Below are positions 37,175 to 46,115 of a DNA stretch of 48,511 nucleotides, in pieces. Under the pieces are notes generated by a model. The model was not told the origin of the DNA. It saw only the letters and a program-made list of their open reading frames with translations, and ran no database searches. Within the stretch, counting starts at the first letter, position 1. Every line of letters starts with the position of its first letter. A program made the translations under genes and the position numbers. Source of the DNA: a virus (Duplodnaviria > Caudoviricetes); the IMG/VR virus record IMGVR_UViG_3300020045_002845, positions 1 to 48,511 of that record. One strand, 5' to 3'.

Positions 37175-37357
37175 CTAAATGGCATCAATAGTTCTGCATG
37201 TTGTTGGCACGCGCAGCCCACGAACAGCCCATAGCTTTGCTATTTTCTCAGCGATAATTGCCCTCTCTTTGGTTTCAAATGTTCCAACTCCCATCTTGTT
37301 GCCAGCATGATGGATTCGAGCAACAAACTTACCATTACGTGACATGATTGCCATCAC
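37175..37357 (-). CDS. Stand-alone AP2-like domain protein
   Basis: GKFVARI...VGTFETKERA. Confidence 0.55.
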   Translation of the reverse strand: MMAIMSRNGKFVARIHHAGNKMGVGTFETKERAIIAEKIAKLWAVRGLRVPTTCRTIDAI

Positions 37358-38154
37358 TCACCGTCCTTAACGCTGCCGCCAGCGGCCTCGATTGCTGCGT
37401 CACCGTAGATTTGGCCGATCAACTGCGCACCCTCTATGGCCGCATCCGCGATAGAGTAAATCACTGCGCCGGTAGCTTTCACGACAAACAGGAACCCCAC
37501 GGGCACGACCGGCTTTTGCGGGGCGGTGAATAGCTCGATTTGCTCTCTCCACTCGGCACCTTGTCCTTGCTTCCACATACAAGCCATACCATTGCTTTGT
37601 AAGGTTTCTAATGAGAGTTTATCTGTGTAAGCCACCGGCACCTGATCGCCTTTCAGCGCTGCGAGTTCTGTCCTTAGTCGCCCAACCGTTAGCATTAGTG
37701 ACTCGTTTTCAGCATCACGTTCGCTACCATATTTATGCGCTTCATCAGCCCGCTGGCGTAATTCGCGAGCGCAATCCATCGGTGAATCACCGGTCTGCTC
37801 GCATAGCTCAGCTGAAAAGCCGACGATCGCGGCCAGCTCGTCAAAGCTTGCGAGGATGTCATCATCAGCCCGCTGGCGTTCTGCTTCGAGCTGTGAGTCG
37901 ATGAAAATTGCCACTCTTGAATTGAAAAGTGCACCATCAAAAAGCAATTTACCTTCATGCTCAAACCAATACTCCGAGTAGTCAGCATCAGGAATGCCAT
38001 CCCTCACAGATAGCGCAGCAACAACAAGCTTTGCTGATTCCAGGGTTAAAACTTCGGCGGAGCTAAGAGGCCTTCTCGGATTGCTCCGCGTTAGATGCGC
38101 AACGATGTGCTGGTTGTGTTCACTCAGCGCCTTGATATCTGTTGTATCAGTCAT
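37354..38154 (-). CDS. Ead/Ea22-like mosaic protein
   Basis: MTDTTDIKAL, LEAERQRA, PVAY, AIEAAGG. Confidence 0.6.
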   Translation of the reverse strand: MTDTTDIKALSEHNQHIVAHLTRSNPRRPLSSAEVLTLESAKLVVAALSVRDGIPDADYSEYWFEHEGKLLFDGALFNSRVAIFIDSQLEAERQRADDDILASFDELAAIVGFSAELCEQTGDSPMDCARELRQRADEAHKYGSERDAENESLMLTVGRLRTELAALKGDQVPVAYTDKLSLETLQSNGMACMWKQGQGAEWREQIELFTAPQKPVVPVGFLFVVKATGAVIYSIADAAIEGAQLIGQIYGDAAIEAAGGSVKDGE

Positions 38155-38839
38155 GATTAGCCTCACATACAGCAATTGCGAAACCGCGCGGAGTTGCGCT
38201 ACGTATGTTCTTTGTTTTCAGTGACTTGCCACCACAAAGCTTCCAGCCTGGGTTGTCTTTGCTTAGTGGCTCAACTCTTTTGCGCTCAGGCTCAATAAAC
38301 CCTCCGCCCGACCAGATGCAGGTCCGCTTGTTGTACGCGTCTCTGCCCGGGTAAATATGCGGATAAACTGGGTGAGCATCCTCGTCTGGCAAGTAGCCAC
38401 CGAAATCACACGGATGAAATAAGAAGTCAGGTTTACGATATAGCGTGCTCAGCGCGCCTATCGGGTTTTCGAATGCCCACTTCGAGTTACAGCATTGCCC
38501 CACCACGCAAACCAGCATCGCAAGGTCGAAAGCTTCAACCTGGAACCTGCTGTTGACATCCCGCTTCTTCATCCAGTGCTTAGCCCCTGCAACGGTAAGG
38601 TCTGTGCATTCAGGAAATCCGAAAACCATTTCAACTCCTGACCCAACCATCCCAGCAATTTCCGCGGCGTGCTGATGAATCTGGTCATGATGAAACCACA
38701 TGCCTACCTTAACCAGATTTCCATCACGCTTAACGCCAGACTCATGCTGACCATCGAACAGCCAGCACTCATAACCCGCATCAAGCCACGGTTGCGCCAT
38801 CAGGCCGGTGAAGTCGTAGAGGAAGATGGCTTTCTTCAT
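38147..38839 (-). CDS. DNA cytosine methyltransferase (phage Dcm-like)
   Basis: FLYDFTG, FGFPECTDL, ENP, RSATPRGFA; ATGA overlap at 38839. Confidence 0.75.
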   Translation of the reverse strand: MKKAIFLYDFTGLMAQPWLDAGYECWLFDGQHESGVKRDGNLVKVGMWFHHDQIHQHAAEIAGMVGSGVEMVFGFPECTDLTVAGAKHWMKKRDVNSRFQVEAFDLAMLVCVVGQCCNSKWAFENPIGALSTLYRKPDFLFHPCDFGGYLPDEDAHPVYPHIYPGRDAYNKRTCIWSGGGFIEPERKRVEPLSKDNPGWKLCGGKSLKTKNIRSATPRGFAIAVCEANHD

Positions 38840-39222
38840 CCCTTTATCCCAGCGCGCAGATTGGCGGCGAAGTCTAACGCGCCGTGATAGAAGCCTCTGT
38901 TGCAAGCGAAATCCATATTGGTGTTTTCTCTGAATGCCTGCGCATACTCATTAACACCCTGCGCCATCCATTCTTTATGCATGTCACATATATCTGAGAT
39001 ACCAGTGGCGTATCGAAGTTCTTCATTTTCATCACATAAACGATTGTTGATTGCTACAATGCGTTTATTGGTAGCTGCTGAATACTCCGCTGATTTTTTA
39101 AAGTCATCACGCTCAGCCACCAGCTTCTGATAGTCAGAGTAGGTTACGTAACATCCTTCCTGGTGACATTCCATTCCGAATGCCTCATCGATTGCGATTG
39201 GCGTATAGAGTTTTACTGTCAT
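38836..39222 (-). CDS. Hypothetical protein
   Basis: G.YVTYSDYQKL motif common in phage accessory genes. Confidence 0.65.
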   Translation of the reverse strand: MTVKLYTPIAIDEAFGMECHQEGCYVTYSDYQKLVAERDDFKKSAEYSAATNKRIVAINNRLCDENEELRYATGISDICDMHKEWMAQGVNEYAQAFRENTNMDFACNRGFYHGALDFAANLRAGIKG

Positions 39223-39428
39223 TCCTCACCCCATTTAATAAATTCGGATACCTGGACATCGAAAGCACATGCCAGCTTAGATAATGTCGCATAGCGCGGA
39301 TTCTTAACTTTGCCCAGCGTTAACATGCTAATCATGCCGCCTGCAACTCCTAATGCTTCTGATAGCTCCAATTGTGTTCGATAGCCTTTCAGCCTCATGC
39401 CGTGCTTGATTGCTTTTGCGTAGTTCAC
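39219..39428 (-). CDS. XRE/Cro-like HTH regulator
   Basis: TQLELSEALGV...NPRYATLSKLACAFDV. Confidence 0.8.
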   Translation of the reverse strand: MNYAKAIKHGMRLKGYRTQLELSEALGVAGGMISMLTLGKVKNPRYATLSKLACAFDVQVSEFIKWGEE

Positions 39429-39438
39429 TGGTTGCTAC

Positions 39439-39639
39439 TTATTCGATTGCATTTAAATATTCAGAAACCTCCTTGAGGCTTGGAAACATGCCCTCGTCTT
39501 TGCGCATAAATATCAAATTGTATGGACGTTCAGATCTGCCCTTAATGTTACCCATCCAGTAAACCCCACCTGAGATACCAGCTAATGTTATGACATTCCA
39601 CATGGATTTAGCCTGGTCTTTTACTATCTCGTGAATCAT
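39439..39639 (-). CDS. Hypothetical protein
   Basis: First gene after the leftward promoter; GAGGA RBS. Confidence 0.6.
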   Translation of the reverse strand: MIHEIVKDQAKSMWNVITLAGISGGVYWMGNIKGRSERPYNLIFMRKDEGMFPSLKEVSEYLNAIE

Positions 39640-39667
39640 TTATACATCCTCATTCATTCGGTAATCA

Positions 39668-39758
39668 AATCTACCCCTACATCTACGAACGGTCAACAAC
39701 TATTTTAATCTAATTCCATTAATTTATTGTTGACAGTAGCGGCTGGTGGCGGTAGATT
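39668..39758. promoter_or_regulatory. Divergent early-type promoters
   Basis: Minus: TTGACC-N13-GGGG-TAGATT (39696-39668); plus: TTGACA-N13-GCGG-TAGATT (39730-39758). Confidence 0.8.
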
Positions 39759-39785
39759 GAATATAACAAAACAACGGAGGTAAAC

Positions 39786-39926
39786 ATGAAAATTATCGAT
39801 AGCAAGGCATTTGAAGAGTGCCAATTTATGGCCCGCATGGCAGTCAGTAAGTTATCTTCTCGCGTTCAGCCAGAGTCATACTGGGAAGCAGCAATCGCAT
39901 GCTTGAAAGAGGCTTATGGTAAATGA
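39786..39926 (+). CDS. 46-aa hypothetical protein
   Basis: GGAGGT RBS; MKIIDSKAFEE... Confidence 0.65.
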   Translation: MKIIDSKAFEECQFMARMAVSKLSSRVQPESYWEAAIACLKEAYGK

Positions 39927-40087
39927 CTCAATACAACGAGCGTGAAAACAGCGACTGGGATGCTGACGGTGATTATGACCGCAGGCAGTGGATTAAAGAG
40001 CGCGCCGATGAGTTGATTGATGATGGTTATAGCAAGGTCACTGCTTACATTAAGGCAACGCGCGAGTATTCGGAGATTGACTTATGA
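39923..40087 (+). CDS. 54-aa acidic protein
   Basis: ATGA coupling on both sides; MTQYNERENSDWDADGDYD. Confidence 0.6.
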   Translation: MTQYNERENSDWDADGDYDRRQWIKERADELIDDGYSKVTAYIKATREYSEIDL

Positions 40088-40275
40088 GAGACCCACGAAT
40101 CAACCCGGCACCCGGCGACGTGCTGGCAATAGGTGTCAGCCAGTGGACTGTACGTGTGGTAGATAATGATTCAATTACCGTTCTGCGTATGGGTTCGCGC
40201 TCAATTATGAACCATGGCGAATTCTGCGCTTTCTTCAAATCAGCATCAACCGTGAGGTATGGCGATGAAAGCTAA
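40084..40275 (+). CDS. Hypothetical protein (MRDPR family)
   Basis: MRDPRINPAPGDVL. Confidence 0.6.
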   Translation: MRDPRINPAPGDVLAIGVSQWTVRVVDNDSITVLRMGSRSIMNHGEFCAFFKSASTVRYGDES

Positions 40276-40495
40276 AGATTTCAGAGAGTTTGTTCTACTA
40301 GTTCTTTCTGAGCAGAAAGGCAAGCTAAACGCTATCAGCCCAAAGAAAATTGTTGGGCTGCTTTATATAAGGACGAAGCAGTACATTGAAGAGTCTCACG
40401 CTCGCGATTTAATGCGACACATGGCACTAGAAAAGCTTGTAAAGCGTCATCAGCCAGGTCATAGTAAATCTACCTTTTATTACTGGATTGACTGA
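40259..40495 (+). CDS. Hypothetical protein, possibly winged helix
   Basis: Coupled ORF. Confidence 0.55.
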   Translation: MAMKAKDFREFVLLVLSEQKGKLNAISPKKIVGLLYIRTKQYIEESHARDLMRHMALEKLVKRHQPGHSKSTFYYWID

Positions 40496-40496
40496 T

Positions 40497-40631
40497 ATGG
40501 AGGATATGTTATGGGCTGCATATATAGCGCTAACCATTGTATTTACCAAGAGCATTCTTTGTTGGCCTAAGTGGTACTGGGTTGCTCATGCATCACTACT
40601 TATTGCTTTATGGCATGTATTATGCCGCTAA
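40497..40631 (+). CDS. 44-aa membrane peptide
   Basis: MEDMLWAAYIALTIVF...LLIALWHVLCR. Confidence 0.45.
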   Translation: MEDMLWAAYIALTIVFTKSILCWPKWYWVAHASLLIALWHVLCR

Positions 40632-40858
40632 TCCAACAAATCAAATGCGCCACTACCGACTCTGAGCGTCAGGCAGCACAGGCAGCTCTTGATGCTCACA
40701 AGGAAGTTTATGGCGAGCATAAGACGCGCAAGTTTATCTATCGCGTCGAGGTGCTCGGAAAGGCTTATCAGATTGAAGTGGTATCAGCTAAGAAATTTAT
40801 GGTGGCAGAGGTTCGCAATTTCCATCGCCGGTTAAATAAACTTATGGGGAATGCGTGA
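40622..40858 (+). CDS. DUF4060-like protein
   Basis: AAQAALDAHKEVYG...YRVEV...IEVV. Confidence 0.5.
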   Translation: MPLIQQIKCATTDSERQAAQAALDAHKEVYGEHKTRKFIYRVEVLGKAYQIEVVSAKKFMVAEVRNFHRRLNKLMGNA

Positions 40859-41430
40859 TGAGTAAAATAGTTATGGGAATAGGAATAAACGACGAATTTA
40901 GGGTTAGTAAAAACAGCAAGCCGAGCAAGGCTTATCAGGCGTGGGCGCAGATGATAGTAAAAACAACAAATCCAGAAGCTAGCGGATATGTTGCGGATGG
41001 CGTGATTTGCAAAGACTGGTTAACCTTTAGTAAATTCAAAGAGTGGTTTGATAAAAATCACGTCGATGGATGGGTTATGGATAGGGGGATATTAAATCCA
41101 AACGATAATATATTCTCTCCAGATCACTGCGTTTTTGTACCTAGACACCTATCAAGGTTTGCCAGGAAGATAAACTCAAACAACATGTTTGGGCTTACCG
41201 GAGTGTCCAGGATAACTCGCGAAGGCGCACCTGACGTCTACGTTTCTTCTATCAGAATTGCCGGTAAGAATGTGCACTTAGGTAGCTTTTCAAATGCAAT
41301 TGATGCACACAAAGCCTACTGCGCCAGAAGATCGGAGGTCGCAAATAACTATAAATCATTGTGCGAATCCATAAGGCCCGGACTTTTTGATTGCTTAATT
41401 AAACGAGTTAAATACATGGAGAACATGTAA
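40855..41430 (+). CDS. HNH-related endonuclease with AP2 domain
   Basis: WLTFSKFKEW, FSPDHCVFVP, HLGSFSNAIDAH. Confidence 0.7.
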   Translation: MMSKIVMGIGINDEFRVSKNSKPSKAYQAWAQMIVKTTNPEASGYVADGVICKDWLTFSKFKEWFDKNHVDGWVMDRGILNPNDNIFSPDHCVFVPRHLSRFARKINSNNMFGLTGVSRITREGAPDVYVSSIRIAGKNVHLGSFSNAIDAHKAYCARRSEVANNYKSLCESIRPGLFDCLIKRVKYMENM

Positions 41431-41699
41431 TGGACACTAAGGCAGCATTTGAGAAGTGGTTTGAGCCGAAGCTTGATTTTATGCGTAGGCATGGTCTGGG
41501 AGTTACGGTAATTGGCCGCCGCCGTGAATCGCAGATGGAAGCTTGGGATGCCAGTCGTAACACGCTAGAAATCAACATTCCAGCCACAAGCGACAGTGAA
41601 TACTGGTTCGAAGGCACATTCCAGCGCATGAGATATGAGCGTGATGTTGAGAAGGCTATCACCTCCCACGGAATCAGAATTAAGGGGAAGACGGAATGA
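41430..41699 (+). CDS. Hypothetical protein
   Basis: AFEKWF...EAWDASR motif. Confidence 0.6.
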   Translation: MDTKAAFEKWFEPKLDFMRRHGLGVTVIGRRRESQMEAWDASRNTLEINIPATSDSEYWFEGTFQRMRYERDVEKAITSHGIRIKGKTE

Positions 41700-41941
41700 A
41701 AGTAACATCTCAGCAAATTATTCGGGTTTTCGAAGAACACAAAACTGAACAGCGAAAAATGGCGCATGGTGACTTCCCCGTAAGACTGCCCACTTAGTGC
41801 ATTCGCCGCAGAATTGAAGAAAACTTTGGCGAAAAAGTGTCTTGCGTGGATATCAGAAAGGTCATTAGCAGCATGGCTTGCGTGCAATAAGACGAACATT
41901 CGTCCCGAGCAGGTAATTACGCGTGGAGATATTTGCCATGA
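41696..41941 (+). pseudogene. Gene with two in-frame stops
   Basis: ATGA-coupled at both ends; TAG 41795 and TAA 41888 in frame. Confidence 0.55.
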
Positions 41942-42504
41942 ATAACGATTTAGAGCAGTTTAGCGAAGAATTATTGAAATTTATGATTGAGTCTGACCAT
42001 GCGCAGACTGGTGATGTATCAGCACTCGCCCGCATTGCGCTGGCAGTGAAGCAGGCCAAGCCGGCATATTGGATTACGTATTATCCGAACCCTGACCCTA
42101 ACGAGTTCGATGATAGAGAGCATTCGCACTCAGGGGCTAAGTCATGCGCTGCCAGAATTGCCGGTGAGATTGGTGGATTCATCGTTCCTGTTTATCACGG
42201 CACCCCACAGCCAGCCCATACAGAGCAGGTGAACTATCCAATGCAGCCCCTTCACATTGACCAGTTTGGAACTCTTCGATTCAAAACAAACCCTATCGTT
42301 CAGCACCTTCTGGATGTGGCGGGTAATGTTGGTGTGAATATGAACACCATCGCAATGCAGGGATTTGAACCAGAAGACCGGATGCAGTTTGCTCAGCCCA
42401 TCGGCTACAGCTTGAGCGGATATGGCGAACTTTCGTATGTTACAGATGAATCATACTACCGAGCCAGCGCCGCAGCCCCTAAACCGGAGAGTGAAGATGA
42501 GTAG
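41938..42504 (+). CDS. Mosaic hypothetical protein
   Basis: MNNDLEQF...; YPMQP...RFK.NPIV...IGYSLSGYGEL domain. Confidence 0.65.
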   Translation: MNNDLEQFSEELLKFMIESDHAQTGDVSALARIALAVKQAKPAYWITYYPNPDPNEFDDREHSHSGAKSCAARIAGEIGGFIVPVYHGTPQPAHTEQVNYPMQPLHIDQFGTLRFKTNPIVQHLLDVAGNVGVNMNTIAMQGFEPEDRMQFAQPIGYSLSGYGELSYVTDESYYRASAAAPKPESEDE

Positions 42505-42667
42505 GGGAACGTATGCGTTACTCGTAGCGTTGCCTGCATTAATTGTTTTTGGATTTGTAGGTCGTACCGCTAAATGCATTGAGATTTATGCACGGAAAGC
42601 AAAAATGGCATGCGTCAACACTTTACAGCGAGTGCTTGATAACGCTCCTAAGCCGGATTGTGAATGA
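42497..42667 (+). CDS. Small membrane-anchored protein
   Basis: MSRGTYALLVALPALIVFGF. Confidence 0.5.
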   Translation: MSRGTYALLVALPALIVFGFVGRTAKCIEIYARKAKMACVNTLQRVLDNAPKPDCE

Positions 42668-42732
42668 TGCTACCAATATGCAATCACTGCGGTAAGTTGT
42701 GCCTTAATAATAAATGGTGTATCAGATGTGAC

Positions 42733-42760
42733 AAGCCCTCCAAGTGAGGGCTTTATTTTA
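42733..42760. terminator. Terminator at the island/terL convergence
   Basis: AAGCCCTC-CAAGT-GAGGGCTT-TATTTT. Confidence 0.75.
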
Positions 42761-44179
42761 TCTTCTTCGGCGGCGCAACAATATTCCTGGCCCACCTTTC
42801 TGCGCAATCATATCATTCAGCGCATAACGGATGGCGTCGATGTAGTGGTTGTATTTATCAACAACGTCAGTCAGCACTTTACCAGTCAGCTTATCAACTT
42901 TGTAGCTGTACATGGCGAACTCACGTGCCACCTCAATGCATCGCGTATGAATATGAATGCGATTGTATCCCCTCATGTGCGCAATGCCGTCCTCGACGCT
43001 ACCAGCCCACTTGCTGCAACCGTAGATGTCATAGCCTTGACGCTTGATGTGGCTTATAGTCTCAGGGCGTGCGCAGTCAGCGTGCCAGCGTGTGACTTTA
43101 GCCTTTGGTATCTTCTCCATTTGCGCGGGTGTGTCAGTAACCTCCATGTTAACGCCGCCATGCTCATGGTCTATCCATAAGTCTTGCGTGCCGTCATCGT
43201 TATCTGAAATGTAAACAGACACCATTGCCGTAGGGTCAACCGAAAAACCAAAATCCATGCCAAGATAAGGGCCGTGCCATTGCTCGCCTATCTCGAAATC
43301 TTCAACAACGTATTTACCGCCGAATACCATCTCATCAGAGCGAGCATTGAACCAGCCTTCCCAAATCCAGTTGTATCGGTCGATGTCAGTGCGCTTCATC
43401 TTGTCTTTCGACCTGATGAGTTCTTCTGTCATCCACGGGTTATCTTGCCAGTTACATTCGATAACAAGGATTTCATCATCTTCATAGATGCCATCGACCA
43501 TCTTGTCATAGTACGGTTCTACCCACTGCGTCCAGGTAGGGTCGGTGCGCTTGTTAGGGTTAAACGTTATCCAGATTTCTGAGCCAGGATTACGGATTGT
43601 TGGCTCAAGCATATCCCATGATGATTGGGAAACGTTCTCAGCTTCTTCTACCCATGCCTTGGTGATACCGGCGAACCCTTTCACTGCGCTGACGTTGCGG
43701 TACAAGCCACGAAAGCGAAACTTTGACTTGGTTCCTTTGTGGGTTATCTTGCCGTCAATGCAGCGGAATTCCTCGGCCTCTCCCTTGCGCCCAATCTCAT
43801 CAACCAGCTCCTGATATGAACTGTCATCAATCGACGCCTGAATCTCTCGGAAGCACGCTATACGCTCCGGCCTGAATCTGGCTGACTCAGTAAGGACTGA
43901 CGTCACCGTGCGCGTCTTGCCGGAACCACGGCCACCAAATGCCACCTTCCACGGCTTAGGGTAAAGCAGGCGTTCGAGTTTTGCAGGGATAAGGTGGTCG
44001 CACGTCTCAACAATATTTGTTACGTCCTGCACTCCCTTGGCAGTCATCATCAGCCGCTTGATGACATTACGCTGCATATCACAGATACCAAAGACGGCAG
44101 ATTCTGCGACTTTTCCAGCCTCAACAATCTGCATCTCAAGCTTTTCAATCGCGTTGGCCGTCAGGCGCTTTCTTGCCAT
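42758..44179 (-). CDS. terL: Terminase large subunit (PBSX-like)
   Basis: GGRGSGKT, WVEEA, TFNP, GMDFG, NHYIDAIRYA. Confidence 0.93.
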   Translation of the reverse strand: MARKRLTANAIEKLEMQIVEAGKVAESAVFGICDMQRNVIKRLMMTAKGVQDVTNIVETCDHLIPAKLERLLYPKPWKVAFGGRGSGKTRTVTSVLTESARFRPERIACFREIQASIDDSSYQELVDEIGRKGEAEEFRCIDGKITHKGTKSKFRFRGLYRNVSAVKGFAGITKAWVEEAENVSQSSWDMLEPTIRNPGSEIWITFNPNKRTDPTWTQWVEPYYDKMVDGIYEDDEILVIECNWQDNPWMTEELIRSKDKMKRTDIDRYNWIWEGWFNARSDEMVFGGKYVVEDFEIGEQWHGPYLGMDFGFSVDPTAMVSVYISDNDDGTQDLWIDHEHGGVNMEVTDTPAQMEKIPKAKVTRWHADCARPETISHIKRQGYDIYGCSKWAGSVEDGIAHMRGYNRIHIHTRCIEVAREFAMYSYKVDKLTGKVLTDVVDKYNHYIDAIRYALNDMIAQKGGPGILLRRRRR

Positions 44180-44180
44180 A

Positions 44181-44606
44181 TCAGTCCTTCGCCAGTTGTT
44201 CAGCAAGGAGGGCCTCTAGGCGCTCAAGGCGCTCAGCCAGCTCAGTGACTTCTTTAACGTCGATACCAACTTTAATAACATCAGCCATTACTTTGCCAAT
44301 GTCTGCCGGAATGATACCTTCTGATATCCCTTTGATAACAGCATCAATTTTGTCAGCCGCGCTGCCATTATCAGGGAACGGGATTTCGAATGTAGGAGCA
44401 ACGGGTTTTGGCAACGGACTGAAGCGCACAATGAGTTCTTTCATCATTGTCACATCGCTGTTGGTCATAGCCATCTCCACAATCTTATCGTAGAGTTCAT
44501 CCTCGCTAAATCCTTTCCTTTCAAGGGCTTCAATCAGCAACTGGCGCTTATCTCTACCCCTTCGATTAGCTGGTTGATTGTCTTTGCCGAATAAATGCTT
44601 AGCCAT
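44181..44606 (-). CDS. terS: Terminase small subunit
   Basis: Directly upstream of terL; FGKDNQP...ELAERLERLE. Confidence 0.75.
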   Translation of the reverse strand: MAKHLFGKDNQPANRRGRDKRQLLIEALERKGFSEDELYDKIVEMAMTNSDVTMMKELIVRFSPLPKPVAPTFEIPFPDNGSAADKIDAVIKGISEGIIPADIGKVMADVIKVGIDVKEVTELAERLERLEALLAEQLAKD

Positions 44607-44673
44607 TGATAGTTAATTCCTATTCAGTATATCGTCTGTTCTACAGATTTCATTCTACCACAATCCAAACGAG

Positions 44674-44694
44674 AAAAGCCCCATGCAGGGGCTT
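44674..44694 (-). terminator. Intrinsic terminator
   Basis: AAGCCCC-TGCAT-GGGGCTTTT on minus strand. Confidence 0.75.
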
Positions 44695-44713
44695 GATTAG
44701 TAGTGAGTAATAA

Positions 44714-45580
44714 TTAACCAAATCTCATAGGTGGTGCCTTTGGCATCTCCGGTGGCGTAGGGTTGGTCTTTCCAGATAGCATCTTCACAATCGCCTCGCA
44801 GTCTTCGCGAGTTGCGACCTTAGTAACGCGCATCAGTTCGCTGACGGTTGGTGTTTTTACTATGCCTGGTATCTTTCCTGCTACGATGGCGTCGTAAGCT
44901 TTTTTGTAATCCTCCATTCGTGATGAGCTAACTAATTCGCCCTTGGCGTTCCAGTTTATTGCGTGATAGATGGCTAGTCCTACCTCATCCATTGCCACAT
45001 CTTCAGGTGAGCGGATGGGACGGAAAATTCTGAGATCTGAGCTATTGTCACAATCAATATTAAAATACTCATCACCAACTTCTTCCCATGCAACTCTCCT
45101 CACTAAATCGCTAAATATAATTCTCACCTTATACCAGCGACCATATTCTTTATTTAAAGTCTCACACTCAACGCCAACCGGCGGCAACCCTTCGCCATCC
45201 CAAACAGGCTCGGTGATTGTTTTTAATTGCAATGAGCTACTTATATTAAATACCTTTCCTTTCTCGACAATAATATCATTGATGTCTATACCCATATCAA
45301 TTCGCTGTTGAAGCGCCTCGGTATCATCATGGATACCATCGCCGTAAATTGGCTTCAGTTCCGGATCGGTGATTGGCCGGCGCTCGGCGATGACTTTCCA
45401 AAATGTAGGATTTGAAATCCTTCCGTTTGCTGTTGAGCTTTTTCGTTGATAGCGGCACATATAATCAAATTCATCAACAAAGAACATATCTTCATCATCC
45501 CTACAAGTTGCTACTTGCATAGCCCATTCCGGCGCGCCATCAAAATCCTTCTCACTGCCTTTGATAATTTTGTATTTCAT
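44714..45580 (-). CDS. Mosaic hypothetical protein
   Basis: GSEKDFDGAPEWA N-domain; WDGEGLPPVG module. Confidence 0.7.
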   Translation of the reverse strand: MKYKIIKGSEKDFDGAPEWAMQVATCRDDEDMFFVDEFDYMCRYQRKSSTANGRISNPTFWKVIAERRPITDPELKPIYGDGIHDDTEALQQRIDMGIDINDIIVEKGKVFNISSSLQLKTITEPVWDGEGLPPVGVECETLNKEYGRWYKVRIIFSDLVRRVAWEEVGDEYFNIDCDNSSDLRIFRPIRSPEDVAMDEVGLAIYHAINWNAKGELVSSSRMEDYKKAYDAIVAGKIPGIVKTPTVSELMRVTKVATREDCEAIVKMLSGKTNPTPPEMPKAPPMRFG

Positions 45581-45852
45581 TGATAATTCTCCTGATAATT
45601 ACTTTCTTTTCCACCTGAAACGTCAACCTGTCTGGAGCATTTACTGCTGCATTTTTGCGTAAACTGAGTAGATCCATTGCAGTTAGTAAAATAAACAGCC
45701 CTTCCAGCATCATCGAATCTGTAAACAGAACACCCGTCTACTGTGAATAACCTTCCTACCTGAAAATCACCTCCTGCATGAGTTACAGACTCGGGAGCCT
45801 TCTCGCAGCCTGAAATCATCACCGCAACCATCGCAATGATTATTCGCTTCAT
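45577..45852 (-). CDS. Lipoprotein (DUF4884-like)
   Basis: Lipobox ISGC; LFTVDGCSVYRF. Confidence 0.7.
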   Translation of the reverse strand: MKRIIIAMVAVMISGCEKAPESVTHAGGDFQVGRLFTVDGCSVYRFDDAGRAVYFTNCNGSTQFTQKCSSKCSRQVDVSGGKESNYQENYQ

Positions 45853-45935
45853 TTCGCCACCACTGCAATAATCATAAATAGGCAGATTGCCAGGCACACA
45901 AGCAACACGTAAGTACTAATGTAAGTTTTAATCAT
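45849..45935 (-). CDS. 28-aa single-TM micropeptide
   Basis: MIKTYISTYVLLVCLAICLFMIIAVVAK; TGATG and ATGA coupling. Confidence 0.55.
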   Translation of the reverse strand: MIKTYISTYVLLVCLAICLFMIIAVVAK

Positions 45936-46024
45936 CACCACACCCCATAAATAATTACCGTTAAACCAAGCCAAAAAGCTGATAGTGATGCCACTATTGC
46001 TAGCCAAGTAAGTCGCTTTACCAT
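45935..46024 (-). CDS. 29-aa single-TM micropeptide
   Basis: MVKRLTWLAIVASLSAFWLGLTVIIYGVW. Confidence 0.55.
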   Translation of the reverse strand: MVKRLTWLAIVASLSAFWLGLTVIIYGVW

Positions 46025-46025
46025 G

Positions 46026-46115
46026 TTAGTACCCCACCGCTTTTAATGATGTATATATTGCCAAAGCCACAAAGAAACATAACCATGCTACAAGTACCCA
46101 ATCTTTACTTGTCAT
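46026..46115 (-). CDS. 29-aa single-TM micropeptide
   Basis: MTSKDWVLVAWLCFFVALAIYTSLKAVGY. Confidence 0.55.
   Translation of the reverse strand: MTSKDWVLVAWLCFFVALAIYTSLKAVGY

Noticed and set aside
39219-39758. Lysogeny switch (HTH gene near divergent promoters)
   Set aside because: No integrase, peptidase-containing CI or intact partition genes seen
41795-41890. Stop-codon reassignment
   Set aside because: Two different stops in one gene; all core genes are intact in the standard code; no suppressor tRNA
43413-43419. Second hammerhead core CTGATGA
   Set aside because: Antisense to terL, no stem II or GAAA
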